A DNA stretch of 64,000 nt from Malacoraja senta. Lineage: Eukaryota. Location of the stretch: contig CM075990.1 of NCBI GenBank assembly GCA_038087875.1, positions 8,868,001-8,932,000 on the forward strand. Reading direction: 5' to 3'. Position 1 is the first letter of the stretch, and each line of letters opens with the position of its first letter. Positions 1-12,988 of this stretch are shown piece after piece. A model generated the notes under the pieces. It worked only from the letters and a program-made list of their open reading frames with translations, had not been told where the DNA came from and made no database searches. The translations under genes and the position numbers were made by a program.

Positions 1-459
1 AGATTAATGAGGAGTTAATCCGTAGCCAAGACACTGAGTGTGGCCGGGAAACCTACTGCACCCTGCTGGTCATTAATAGAATTACAAGGGCTGTTCCAGA
101 CTCAGACAGGCAATTCAATAGGAATTAAATACTATAATAAATAATTCTAATGCTAGAAGCCGTTATCACTACAGGATGTAAAACTATCAGATTGTTTGTA
201 TTTTAATTATTATTTTTCAACCAAAGCTACAAAACACAGGCTTATTGTTGTAGGCTGTTCTTTCAATAGCATTGAGGATTTATTAACGCTTCTGCAGATT
301 AATTTTCATGTTACTGCAATTCTGTCGCAAAGTCTGAACAGGAGTAGAAATCAGTCCAATTCCTGGAATGCCAGTGCTGACCCCTGGATCTCACCTTAAC
401 CTTGTTGGGAGGTCCTGTACTTAACTGCAGACTTCAGCGGTGAAAAATGATTATTAGAG

Positions 460-1410
460 AAACGAGGAACTGCAGGTGCTGGTTTACAAAAGAAGATACA
501 GAGTCCTGGATTAACACAGTGGATCAGGCTGCATCTCTGGTACAGTGAAATTTGAGTTACCATAAAGCCATATGAATAAAAAGAACACAATACACAATAG
601 AATTTAACATAAACATCCACCACACAGCACCAACAACTGTGATGGAAGGCAACAAAATTCAGTAATCTTCCTCTTTGTTCACCCGTGGTCGGGGCCTAAA
701 ACCATCCACAGTCGCCACTACGGACGGCCCAATGTACAGGCCCTCTTGCCGGGATGATCGAAACTCCGGCGTCGGAACGGATCGGAACACACTCAGCGGC
801 TTGGAGTTTCTGAACCGGACGCTTCTTACCGGAGACCGCGGCTTCCGAAGTCCACAGGCCGAGCTGGGCGGAGCTCCAACACTGGCGATCCTCGGCAAAA
901 GATCCTAGGCCTCCACGATGTTAAAGTCAGTTCTGCGCCCGTGGCTAGAAGCTCCGCAGACCACAGCTCCACGGTGTTAATGTCAGCAGGCCCCGCTGGA
1001 CCGAGTTCCAACACTGGCGATCCTCGACAGGATCCCAGGCTCCGCGATGGTAATTCAGCGCTACGCCTGCTGCTGAAGCTCTGGGCCGGTCTCCGGTAGG
1101 AAAGGCCGCACCAATCCAGTTGGTAGGCCTCGAGGGGGGGAAAGGAGCGACATGGAGAAAAGACGCATCTCCGTCCAGGTAAGTGACTGAAAAACGTTTT
1201 CCCCCTATTCCCCCCCACCACCCCCCCCCCCCCACATAAGACATACTGAGAAACATTAAAACATACAATTAGATGCACTAAAAATAACAAAAAAGGCGAA
1301 AGGACAGACGAGCTGTTGGCGAGGCAGGCACGGCAATGGCGCCACCAGATGGATGAACATCCATAGGCGTTGTTTCGGGTCGAGACCCTTCTTCAGACTG
1401 ATTGTAGGGG
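460..1410 (-). mobile_element. Penelope-like pLTR fragment with hammerhead-like motif, split by a GC-rich insertion (halves ~460-540 and ~1353-1410)
   Basis: ggaactgcaggtgctggtttacaaaag...gcatctctgg resumes as gaacatccataggcgttgtttcgggtcgagacccttcttcagactg. This matches the tail attached to the GIY-YIG fragments at 45.2 kb and 58.6-59.2 kb. Confidence 0.75.
539..1352 (-). mobile_element. GC-rich non-autonomous retroelement with Rex1/Babar-like 3' tail
   Basis: Minus-strand 3' end aaatttcactgtacc resembles the Rex1-type tails at ~5040 and ~25485. Internal ~55-bp imperfect repeat (875-930 vs 1007-1058). Related element at 31647-32460. No credible ORF. Confidence 0.6.
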
Positions 1411-2385
1411 AGGATGGAAGAGATTTGGAAGGGAGGATAGGAAGGACAAAGACAAATGAATAATGTGTTGCCTAGTTACTAGCAGTTTCAGCATTCCATG
1501 TCATCCTTAAAGAGCACCTTAAAGAGGCCTTTAATTAATTTCTTATGAAGTATTAATGGTTCATGTGTAAAGTATTAATTATTAAGTAATAACTATTAAC
1601 ACAGGAAGAAGCTGTGTTTACTGAGTGTGGAAAATTAAGAACCGCTTTAGTAACACAGATGAGTAATTCTTTAGCGAGAAATGTCAGGCTAATGTATGAT
1701 CAGGATAAAGGTGACTAAGTTAGGGTGATCTAACAGCATTTGAGATCAGATCTGGATATTTGATTGTAAATTTCAAAGTCAATGTGATCTCATTCAGATA
1801 GAGCAACCACTGCAAGAACATGCTCACATTCAAAGTGGGAAATTATTCATCCATTTGCCTTTTAAAATTGATAGGTTCATTTTTCGGACCTGCACCGAGT
1901 CCTGAATGAATATCAAGGTCACAGGAATTGAACTAGATCTTACAGAGAGCCAGCACCAGCTTGATAGGCCGAATAACTGTCATCTTCAGTGATTTTGGAG
2001 ATGAAGGGGAACATTGGTTTAGTGCCACACACTGTCACACCTGGTCTCAGGATAAACCCTGAGCTAGATCACTCTCATTGAATGGAGGGAATTCTTTGAT
2101 CCATTCCTCTCCGCAGATGCTGCCGGACCCATTGACTTCCTCCAGCACTTTGGTTTCTGCTCAAACAGCCAGCACCTGAAGTCTCCTGTTTCTCCTGCTT
2201 CATTCAGTGTTGTTATTTTGACATTGGCAGAAGTATTAAACTACACCCTGCGTAAATGTCCCCTTTCATTGCACCAGTGATAGACACAAAGTGCTGGATT
2301 AACCCAGCAAGTCAGGCAGTATCTCTGAAAAAAAAGGATGGGTGACGTTTCGGGTCGGAAACCTTCTTCCTAAAGAAGAACTAAA

Positions 2386-2673
2386 GGGGCGGCACAGTGG
2401 CGTAGCATAAGAGCTACTGCCTTACAGCGCTAGAGATGCGGGTTTGAACTTGACTGCGAATACTTGTCTGTACGGAGTTTGTGTGTTCTCCCTGTGTTTT
2501 CTCCGAGATCTTCGGTTTCCTCCAACACTCCAAAGACATACAGGATCGAAGGTTAATTCGCTCGGTATAAATGTAAATTGTCCCTAGTATGTGTCACTGG
2601 TTAGTGTGGACTCAACGGGCCAAAGGGCCTGTTTCCTTGCTGTATCTCTTAACTAAATTAGACTAAACTAAAC
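2386..2673 (+). mobile_element. tRNA-derived V-SINE (HE1-like)
   Basis: ggcggcacagtggcgtagc A-box head, B-box-like gggtttgaact, core ggtttcctccaacactccaaagac, CR1-like 3' end gggcctgtttcc and (actaa)n tail. Confidence 0.85.
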
Positions 2674-3569
2674 AGGTCCCCACGTCATTTGGCCAGTACT
2701 GCCTTTCAAATGTTAACTATTTTTTTCTCAGATTTTCTCTTTGCTTCAAGTTTCCTCCATCTTTCCTCACAGTTCCATCTCACGTCACCTGCCCCCATAT
2801 ATCCTGATATCCTTACAAATGAAGAGGAAGCCATTACGTCTATCCAGTCCGTGCCAGTCACAGAGCTAAACCATTCATTCACCCACTCATTTTGCCTTGT
2901 AATCTACCCCCTCCCCCCCTACACATTATCATCAACTCTCCAGATTCCACCACTCACCTACACACTAGGGATAATGTTGTGGCTTTTTAACCAAAACCCC
3001 CCCGTGTTTTTGGGTGACGACCAGAGCACCCAGAGGAAACCCACACAGGAAGTCACAGGAAGAACGCCCAAACTCCACACTGACAGCACCTGAGGTCAGG
3101 ATTGAACCTGGGTTGCTGAAGGAGTGAGATAACGTTGCTATGAGTTGCACCAGAGATTGCATGCCCCATTGTGCTAGCTTCACATGACATCCTGTTCCCC
3201 TCATCCCCCATTTTTCCCAACCTCACGTCCCCTCACATTCCTATTTCTCCTTCCAATCCCTAATCCTGCACATTCCAGCTGACTCTTTACATCCCTCTAA
3301 ATATCTCCCTAGAACACTTCCCCAGTCCTTCCTCATCACCTCCCCCCACCCCTCCTTTGCTTATCACCAATCCTCTCCTCTCGACCCCTCCGCAAAACCC
3401 CCCCATCGTATCTCCCCATCACTGGCATCGTTCCTGGGGATCTGTGAGTGAAGCTAGAACATAGAACAGTGCAGCATAAGAACAGGCTCTACGGCTCACA
3501 ATATCTGCACCAAACAGGATGCCAAGACCATCACTTATGTATATGCTCCTAATCAATATCATACTTACC

Positions 3570-3684
3570 ATACTTACCTGGCAGGGAAGATTTGGTGGTC
3601 ACGATGGCCAATATCCCAGGATGAAGCTATCCCAATGCACTTTAGTTGTGCTGGATGTCATGATGTACCCAAATGTGGGATACT
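3570..3684 (+). pseudogene. RNU1: Diverged, 3'-truncated U1 snRNA copy
   Basis: atacttacctggcaggg...tcacga...cccagg...aatgcact...gtgctg...cccaaatgtggga is colinear with the first ~115 nt of U1. The Sm site and stem-loop IV are absent. Confidence 0.85.
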
Positions 3685-3960
3685 AGAGATACAGCATGAA
3701 AACAGGCCGTTCGGCCCACCGAGTCCGTGCCGACCAGCAATCCACATACACTAGGTACAATTTACTATTTACAGTAGCCAATTAACCTACAAACCTGTAC
3801 GTCTTTGGAGTGTGGGTGGAAACCAGAGCACCCGGAGAAAACCCACATGGTCACGGGGAGAACGTATAAACTCTATACAGACAGCACCCATAGTCAGGAT
3901 CAATCCACGGTTTGTGGTGCTGGAAGGCAGCAACTCTACCGCTGTGCCACTGTGCCACCC
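3685..3960 (-). mobile_element. V-SINE (HE1-like)
   Basis: Reverse complement of the SINE consensus (head gggtggcacagtggcacagcggtagagttgctgcc). Confidence 0.85.
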
Positions 3961-4079
3961 GCTTAATAACTTGAAAATTAATTTCTCCGTACGATATCAA
4001 AGATAAATTAGCAGACGATGAAACCTGTGTCATGGAGAAGAGCTACATGAGCTTAGTGTCCTGAAATAGTAGGTTGCCT

Positions 4080-5075
4080 CAAGATGGCGGCGGTGGATGG
4101 TGGCAAAACGACAGTGCCAGTAAGTGGGTTGTGGTGTTACCTCTCATGCCCTCATAAACATCTGGATGCCACGAGATCGGCTGTGGAAGACGACCCAGGG
4201 GCACAAACACTGAACGGTGGCTGTGTAAAGCGAGGGACGACGGCTCGCGGGTTGATGTTTCTGGACAGAGGCATCGGTGGAATAGGCCACTAGAGGCTCT
4301 GCAGCAGCATGGGGCTCAATTTGATTTGATGTCACTGCAAGACGCTGGGTGCACGGATCGTATGCGTCCTGCAGCGGCACGGAGCGGTGGAGCAGCAGTG
4401 GAGGACACCTACAAATTATAGAGTCTTATATACACACTTATGTGATCTTATAGAGATGTATAAAATCATGAGAGGAATAGATCGGGTAGATGCACAAAGT
4501 CTCTTGCTCAGAGTCTGTGAATCGAGGACCAGAGGACATAGGTCTAAGGTGAAGGGGAAGAGATTTAATAGGAATCTGTGGGGTAACTTTTCACACAAGG
4601 GGTGGTGGGTGTATGGAACAAGCTGCCAGAGGAGATAGTTGAGGCTGGGACTATCCCAGCGTTTAAGAAACAGTTAGACAGGTACATGGATAGGACAGGT
4701 TTAGAGAGATATGAACCAAACACAGGCAGGTGGGACTAATGTAGCTGGGACATATTGGCCAGTGTGGGCAAGTTGAGCTGAAGGGCCTGTTTCCATGCTG
4801 TATCACTCTATGCCTATAATTTCACTTGGTCCAGCCAACCCTGCAATGTTGCCAGGACAACAGGCCTTTATGGCCAAGTTAACACTACATTTTTAACAAC
4901 TTTAGACTTGAATTGTGCAAAATGGCGTCAGAAACATGGCAACTCTGGTGTACTGTCTCAGTGTAAGCTACTATTTCCATACACTTGTACAGTGCTTATG
5001 TATAGTTATGTTTTTACTGAACTGTATGCAAAAAATGAATTTCACTGTACCTCGGTACATGTGAGAATAAAGTCA
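4080..5075 (+). mobile_element. Non-autonomous element (5' caagatggcggc, Rex1-like tail) interrupted by a CR1 3' fragment
   Basis: GC-rich head, 3' end tttcactgtacctcggtacatgtgagaataaa, CR1 insert at ~4440-4815. Confidence 0.5.
4440..4815 (+). mobile_element. CR1 (HER1-like) LINE 3' fragment
   Basis: DLIEMYKIMRGIDRVD...RTRGH motif and CR1 3'UTR gggcctgtttccatgctgtatcactctat. Confidence 0.9.
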
Positions 5076-5894
5076 ACTTGACATTCAAGGGAACTGGATC
5101 CTTCAAAAATCTAAAATCAATTCTCTCACCTACATCAGTTTACTTCACTGAATTATTCTGCTCACATTACCTTTACATACCTTGATATTCAAGTGAAATT
5201 GAAATGCATCACCTGTGCTGCATGAAGGAATGCAATACTTCAGGAAATGCTGCAGATAATAACCTCTTCTATTGAACCTGATGTGGGATATAATACTGAA
5301 CCGTATGAGATCACATAACAAACGAGGATTTTAAAGTGTGCTGTCATAACATTGGGTAGCAATAACGGTGCGCTGATCCACAATGATGGTGATATTACAG
5401 GGGCTGAAATCATAGCGTTGAAAATATTACAGCATGTCGATGAATGATGGCGGGAATATTATAGTGTGCTGATGAACAGCGACAGAGATATTACAGTGAA
5501 ATCCCGCATCACTAATGAACAGTGATTGGGGATATTACAGTGTGGTGACACCAACAGCAATGGAGATAAGTATGCTGAAACAACCGTGATGGAAATATTA
5601 CAGTACTCTGCCACATCAGTTCGCTGATACACTGATTTTATTGTGCGAGGCAAAAATATATTAACAGAGATAGTGATATTATCTAATTCACTGAGCATAC
5701 GAGATGATAGTTCTCACACGCAACACAGCGATGTAAATGTTAATGTGTGCTGACTCACTGTGCTGGGGAAATTACAGGGTAGTAACACTCAGTGATGTGC
5801 TTAAACACACTGACAAAGATTTTATAGTGAACAATAAGGAGAGGCCATTGTAGTTAGTTGCCACAAGAATAATGGAAATATTACAAATATAACA

Positions 5895-6185
5895 GGACAT
5901 AGGTTGAAGGTGAAGGGAACATTTAATAGGAATCTGAGGGATATTTTTTTCACACAAAGGATACTGGGTGTATGGAACAAGCTTCCAGAGGCTTCCAGAG
6001 GAAGTAGACGAGGCAGGGACTATCACAACATTTAAGAAACAGTTAGACTGGTACATGGATAGGACAGGTTTGGAGGGATATCGACCAAATGTGGGCAGGT
6101 GGGACTAGTGTAGCTAGGACATGTTGACCAGTGTGGGCAAGTTAGGCTGCAGGGCCTGTTTTCACACTTTTTCACCCTATGACTA
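5895..6185 (+). mobile_element. CR1 3' fragment
   Basis: ggacataggttgaaggtgaaggg...gggcctgttt, near-paralog of 4530-4815. Confidence 0.85.
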
Positions 6186-7540
6186 ACATTATGTTGAAAA
6201 TAGTACTGGAGGTGTTATAGCAATCAAGATATTACAGTGTGCTGGTCCATTGCAATACACATAATGCAAGCATCTGTAATGATATTCGAGTTATCAGTGA
6301 ACTGACAACATAGAGTGGTGCTGCTCAGATTTGGGGATATTTCCAAGTTCTGAAACAAAAGTAAAGGAGATATAATAGTTTGATGAAAAAACAATAAAGG
6401 AAAAAAAAACAGAACTCTGACATAACAGTGATGCGGATATTAGTGTAGTGACAGTCATGAAGATAGGTTTGACAAGTGGTATGGATATCAGTATGTTAGC
6501 ACAACTGTGATGGGATGTTACAGTGTGCAACTATGAAAGCAGTAATCCAGCATGCTGAGACAATATGATGATGGATATATTACAATGAGATGCAAGGAGA
6601 TGCAAAGAGATGCAATGAGATGCAAAGACAAGAGTGATGGAAATATTGGAACTTGGAAAATAAGAGCATCAGTAGGCCATTCAGCCCTTTGAGCCTGGTC
6701 TAGTATTCAATACGATTACGCCTGGCCTTCCACTTCACTTTCCTCTCACCATTGCCTTCGATACTTTTGGCATGAAGCTTCTCTATCACCTTCTTGAATT
6801 AGTTTAATGGCTTGGTCTCCATTGTCTTCTGTGGTAAAGTATTCCACAGGTTCACCACCTTCTGGGAGAACAAATTTCTCCTGATCTTGATTCAAATTGG
6901 CATTCCCCAAACCCTGAGGCTATGACCTGCCTGTCCCGCTGAGTTACTCCAGCATTTTGTGTCTATCCTGAGGCTATGACCCCTGTTTCTGCCCTCGTAT
7001 GACCTTTGGCAACCTCCTCCTTGTGTCTCAATGATTTTGTCTTGTTTAGAGTTCAGTAATTTCTAAGAGTATTTTCTCATTCCTCTGTGCTTCAGTGCTT
7101 AACTGAGTCAATCTCTCCTCGTATGTTAGTTCTTCCATACCAGGAGTCAGTCCAGTTAGCCATTACTGCACCTCGATTCTCTCAATGGCAAGAACATCTG
7201 TCTTCAGAGAAGGAGACCAGGATTGTGTATAATACCTTCAGATGTGATCTCCCAAGGCCTAGTAGAATTGTAACGAGACTTCCTCAAATCATCTTGCAAT
7301 GAAGGCCAATGTAGCTTTTACTTTCCCAGTTGTTTGCTGCACTATTGCGGGGACATTGCGGTGAACACTTGCTTTCAGCAGCTGCTGTAGAAATACACCC
7401 AGCTCTCATTGTACTTTCCTTTGCCAATTTATCACCATTCAATAATACTGTAGAGATTCATAAAGTTCATGTTCAAAGGTTATAGCAGCAGAATTAGACT
7501 ATTTGGCCCATCAAGTCTACTCCACCAATCAATCATGGCT

Positions 7541-7577
<37 letters not shown>

Positions 7578-9067
7578 CATTCCCCTCCTCATACCCTCTG
7601 ACACCCTCACTGATCAAGAATCTGTCAATCTCCATTACACAGCATGAAAGCAAGACCTCTGGCCCATCTTGTCTATGCCAACCAAAATGCCTATTTAACC
7701 TAGTCCAATTTGCCTGTTTGGCCCAGATCCATCCAAATCTTTCCTGATCATTTACCTTTCTAAATACATTCTAAAATTTGTAATTGTGCCCACCTCTACC
7801 ATTTCTGCTGGTAACTCATTCTATATACCCTCTATCCTCTGTGTGAAATAGTTGTCCATCAGGTAGTCTATAAATCTCACCTTAAACCTATGATCTGTAG
7901 TTTTAAACTCCCCCACCCTATGGAAAAGAAACTGTGACCATTCACCCTATCGATGCCCCTCATAATTGTGTACACCACGACCTCCTACTTTCCAGGGAAA
8001 ATGGCTCCAGTTCAGATAACTTTAGACGGCCTTCTTCACTGTCTATTATAGCACCAATTTTGCTGTCGTCTGCAAATGTTCGAATCTATCTTCCTGTTTT
8101 TGGAACTAATGTGGATAACTTCCAGATTCCCCATTGAATTGCATCTCCCCTGCATTTTCCCACTGACTCAACATGTCTAGATCACAATGGGGCCACTCAG
8201 CTCACATTAAAGTCCACACCCATCATCCCCCCCGCAGCCTTTTCAGCATTGCCTACATAATTAGAGATATGACAGTGTGCTGCAAGAATAATGGTGAGAA
8301 CAATGATGAAGACATCGTGCGGTGAAATCACAGCAGTGAGGGAGACATAGCAATGCGCTGAAACACATTGATGGATAGTTCGCATTGAGCTTCCAGAACA
8401 TTTATGAGAATATAAGTGTGCTGAAACAACAGCAGTGGGGATATTGCGGTGTGATGCTACAATACAGGAGGGGATATTACAGAGTGCTGCACAACAGAGA
8501 GGCTGTGTCGCACAACGGAGAGGAATATTACAATGATCGCTGCAAAAAGTAATGGAGATAGTAAAACACAATAATGAAGGAATCATCTTCAGCTGCCACA
8601 ACACCAATGGGGAAGCACAGTGATGGATATATTAAAGGGAGCTTTCACACATTTAAAGTGATTTAGTAATGTGCCAAAACAATAGTAATGGGGATATTAC
8701 AGTATAGTGCTGTAGCAATGGTGGAAATATCACATTAACCTTCAACTAAGTTTTTTTAATTTTTTTAATTTTTTTATTTTATTTTATTAGAAGTAAGTAC
8801 AGAAATATGGCACCAACGTGCCTAATATATATTGACATGTTACATTTTATGTACAGCTTCTTTTTTTTTTTAATAATGAAAAAGAAAAAGTGAGAATAGA
8901 TAATAAAAGATAGAAAAACGTGTGATATATATTGTGTGAAAAGGAGAAAAGGGGTGAAAGAAGAGAAATGAAGAAAAGAAGATAGAGAGAAAGAGTAGAA
9001 AGTAAGAGATTAAGATCATTATCAATATTCTTGACCATCCCTCACCCAATCCTGAAACAGTTAGCTT

Positions 9068-12000
9068 CTACAATTGTGTTGCACCATATGCTTCCAAAAA
9101 ATCAACAAATGGAGACCAACTCATTAAGAATTGGTCTGATTTATCTATTAGGAGGAATCGCATTTCCTCAAGATGTGCGGTGTCCAACATATTTGAAATC
9201 CACATTTTCAGCGTTGGTATGGGTGTATTTTTCCAAAATTTAAGTATATGTTTTTTTGCTATTATTAAACCATTATTAAAAAATAAATGTTGAGATGAGT
9301 TCAATTTATTCCCATCTTCCATTACTCCAAATATAATCATTTCAGTATTAGGTTCCATTTTTATCTTGAATAATTTTGTAAATATTTCAAAAATATCACT
9401 CCAGAATTTATAAAGTTTTATGCAGGAAACAAAAGATGGGGGAGGTATTTGGATAGAATTTATTCAATCTAGTTTTTGAATAATATAATCTATGTAAAAT
9501 TTTAAATTGAATTAAATTATGTCTTACATTAATCGAACATTTGTGTATATATATCAAATACTTTTCCCATGTTTCCTTCGTGATTTTTTATCAATAATTC
9601 CCGTTCCCACTCTTCTCTAAGTGCCTCTGTCGATGGTAGGTCTATATTAAAAAAACTATTATATAAATATGATATTAATTTCTGTGAGTCAGCCTTAATA
9701 TTCGTTGCTTCTTCCAGTGGATCTAAAGTTATGTTTTGATATCTTTGTATGTATTTCTTCATGAAGTCGCAGATCTGAAGATATTTAAAATATTGGTTAT
9801 TTTTCAGTTTAAATTTTAATTGTAATTGTTGGAATGATAACAGATTTCCCATTTCATACATATCACCGATCCTTTTAATTCCCATTTTTTCCCATTGATT
9901 ATATGTTTTATCAATAAGAGACGGTTTAAATGAAGGATTATTCACTATTGGCATTAACAATGATAGGTTTCTTAATTTTAAAGATAATTTTATTTGTTTC
10001 CAAATTCTTATTGTATCGTGTATAATTGGGTTATTCTTATATATTGTGTTGTTCAGTTTTATCGGGGAGAAGAGGATCGCTCCTATGTTACAAGGAGAAC
10101 AATCCTCTTTCTCCATTCTTATCCATTCTGTCTGTTGGGTAGAACTATCCAACCAGTAAATTATATTCTTAATATGCACTGCCCAATAGTAATACAACAA
10201 GTTCGGAAGTGAAAGTCCCCCGACATCTTTTGGTTTACACAAGTGTTTTCTTTGAATTCTGTGTGATCTATAGTCCCAAATAAAATTGGTAATATTAGAG
10301 TCTAGTTTAAAAAAAAAGATTTTTGGTATATATAATGGTATAGATTGAAATAGGTATAATATTTGTGGTAAAAAGATCATTTCTATAGCGTTTATTCTGC
10401 CTATTAATGATAACGGAAGTGTTTTCCAGAATTTAATCAACGCGTTGAGTTTATTTAATAAAGGCATAAAATTAGCATTAAATAATGCTTTGTATTTTCT
10501 AGTAATTTGAATACCCAAATACTTAATTTTTTCTGTTGCAATTTTAAAGGGGAATTTTAACAGGTATGTAGATTCTTGAGGTTTTAACGTCATGATTTCA
10601 CTTTTATTCCAATTTATTCTATATCCAGAAAAAGAGCCGAATTCCTCTATTAAATTTAATAAGTTTGGTATGCTCATTTGTGAATTTGTAATGTATAAAA
10701 GTATATCGTCTGCATATAATGAAATTTTATTATTTGAGTCCCTAGTATTATATCCCTGAATATTCGGATGAATTCTTATACTTTCAGCCAGGGGCTCTAT
10801 CATAAGGGCAAATAGCAGAGGTGATAAAGCACATCCCTGCCTATTCTATTGCCCCTCGATAATTGAAATTTTGGAGATAACATATTATTGGTTAATATTC
10901 TTGCCGTCGCTTTATCATATAATAATTTTACCCATACAATAAAATTCTCTCCTATAATACATTTTTGCAGTACTTTATATAAATACTGCCAATCTACCTG
11001 ATCAAATGCTTTCTCTGCGTCCAGAGAAACAATTGATATATCTTGTTAAAGAAGGAACTGCAGATGCTGGAAAATCGAAGGTACACAAAAATGCTGGAGA
11101 AACTCAGCGGGTGCAGCAGCATCTATGGAGCGAAGGAAACAGGCAACGTTTCGGGCCGAAACCCTTCTTCAGATATATCTTCTTCCTCCGTTTTATGTGA
11201 GTACATTATATTAAACAGGCGTCTCAAATTATTAAATGAATGTCTTTTGGGTATAAACCCCGTTTGATCAGGATTTATCAATTTACTAATGTATTTACTC
11301 AATCTTCTTGCTAAGGTCTTTGCTAAAATTTTCTGATCTGTATTTAAAAGTGATATAGCTCTATATGAACCCGGTTCATCTAAATCTTTATCTTGTTTTG
11401 GTATAAGCGTAATATTTTTAATATTTTTTTGGTATTCAGCTAATGTTTCTGGTAGTTTATTTTCTTTAAAGGCGTGAGTATATAAATTAAGTAAGCGTGG
11501 AGCCGTTATCTCGTGAAATCTTTTATAAAATTCGTTACTAAAACCATCTGGTCCAGGCGTCTTACCATTTTTCAACGATTTTATTGTTTCACCTATTTCT
11601 TCAAGTGTAATCTGAGCTCCTAATTCCTCTTGTTCCGAAAGGTCAAGTTTTGGAAGATTACAGTTATCTAAAAAAATTATAATTTTACTATCTTCTATTT
11701 TAGTTTTAGATGTAAACAAATTTTGATAAAATTGAGCAAATCTATTGTTAATATTCTTAGGTAATGTTAGTAATTCACCTTTCTCTGATTTAATTTTTGT
11801 GATAGTATTTTCCTTTTCTTGTTTTTTCAATTGACGAGCTAAGAGTTTATGTGGCTTGTCACCAAATTCGAAATGTTCCTGTTTTGTAATTTGGAATAAT
11901 CTTATTACTCTTGCCGATAAAATTCGATTAAGTTTAAATTTCAATAGTATTATCTTATTATGTTTATCTGTAGTTGGATCTTTGGCATTATCTAACTCTA

Positions 12001-12988
12001 ATTGTCCAATTTCTTGTTCTAGCATCAGTTGTTCTGTCTTATTCTTTTTATTTTGAAAAATTTGATATGAGATTATAACTCCTCTGATAAATGCCTTGAA
12101 AGTTTCCCATAATAAAGAAGGTGAAATACCTGGTGTTTCATTTGTCTCAAAAAAAAAATGTCATTTGTTGTTTTAAATATTTATAACCTTGTGGGTCGTT
12201 TAGAATTTGTGAATTCCAGAAAGATTTTTTACCCGGCATTCCCTCAAATTTTAATAGAAAAGTCAGCAGAGAATGATCGGAAATAATACTGGTGTGGTAT
12301 GAAGGATTAATTGTATCTGGAATTAATTTTGTATCCACTAAAAAATAATCAATTCGTGAATAAGTTTTATGTACCGATGAGTAAAACGAATATTCCCTTC
12401 CAGTAGGATTAGCAGTTCTCCATACATCTGTTATATTAGTATTTTTTATATATGTATTTAGAAGTTCACTAGTCTTAGATTTTAAATTACCCCTCCTTTG
12501 TTTTACTGATTTGTCTAAATATGGATCTAAAACACAATTGAAGTCCCCCCTATTATTACATTTTGGTAATTAAACTCTGATATTATATCTATAATTTTAT
12601 TTAAAAATTGGGCGTTATCAAAATTCGGAGCGTAAATATTGATCATAGTCAGTGGGGTTGAATAAATTTCTCCCGAAACTATAATATACCTTCCCTCTTT
12701 ATCTGAAATAGTATTCTTTAATTTAAATGGTATACCTTTCCGAATAATAATAGCCGTACCTCTAGATTTAGAAGTAATTGAAGAATAATATGTTTGACCT
12801 ATCCAGTTTGCCTTCAATCTGATCTGTGTTTGTTGTTTCATGTGTGTTTCCTGCAAAAACATTATGTCAGAATTTAATGATTTTAATTGGGCAAAAATTT
12901 TACCCCTCTTAATTGGTTCGTTGGCGCCCCTTATATTCCAACTGCAGAATGTAATTCCTCTGTTCTTTATTTGTCTATCGTTTTGCAT
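9068..12988 (-). pseudogene. L1 ORF2p (APE endonuclease plus RT), multiply disrupted
   Basis: SWNIRG, FLQETH and NIYAPN (endonuclease); SDH; GKTPGPDGF, YRAISLLNTDQKIL and LYADD (RT). Several frameshifts, a Penelope insert at 11045-11171, and a deletion of most of the CCHC knuckle near 9435 relative to the 48-50 kb copy. Confidence 0.95.
11045..11171 (-). mobile_element. Penelope pLTR fragment with hammerhead-like motif inserted in L1 ORF2
   Basis: 10-bp TSD gatatatctt (11035-11044 and 11172-11181). Minus strand reads ctgaagaagggtttcggcccgaaacgtt. Confidence 0.85.
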
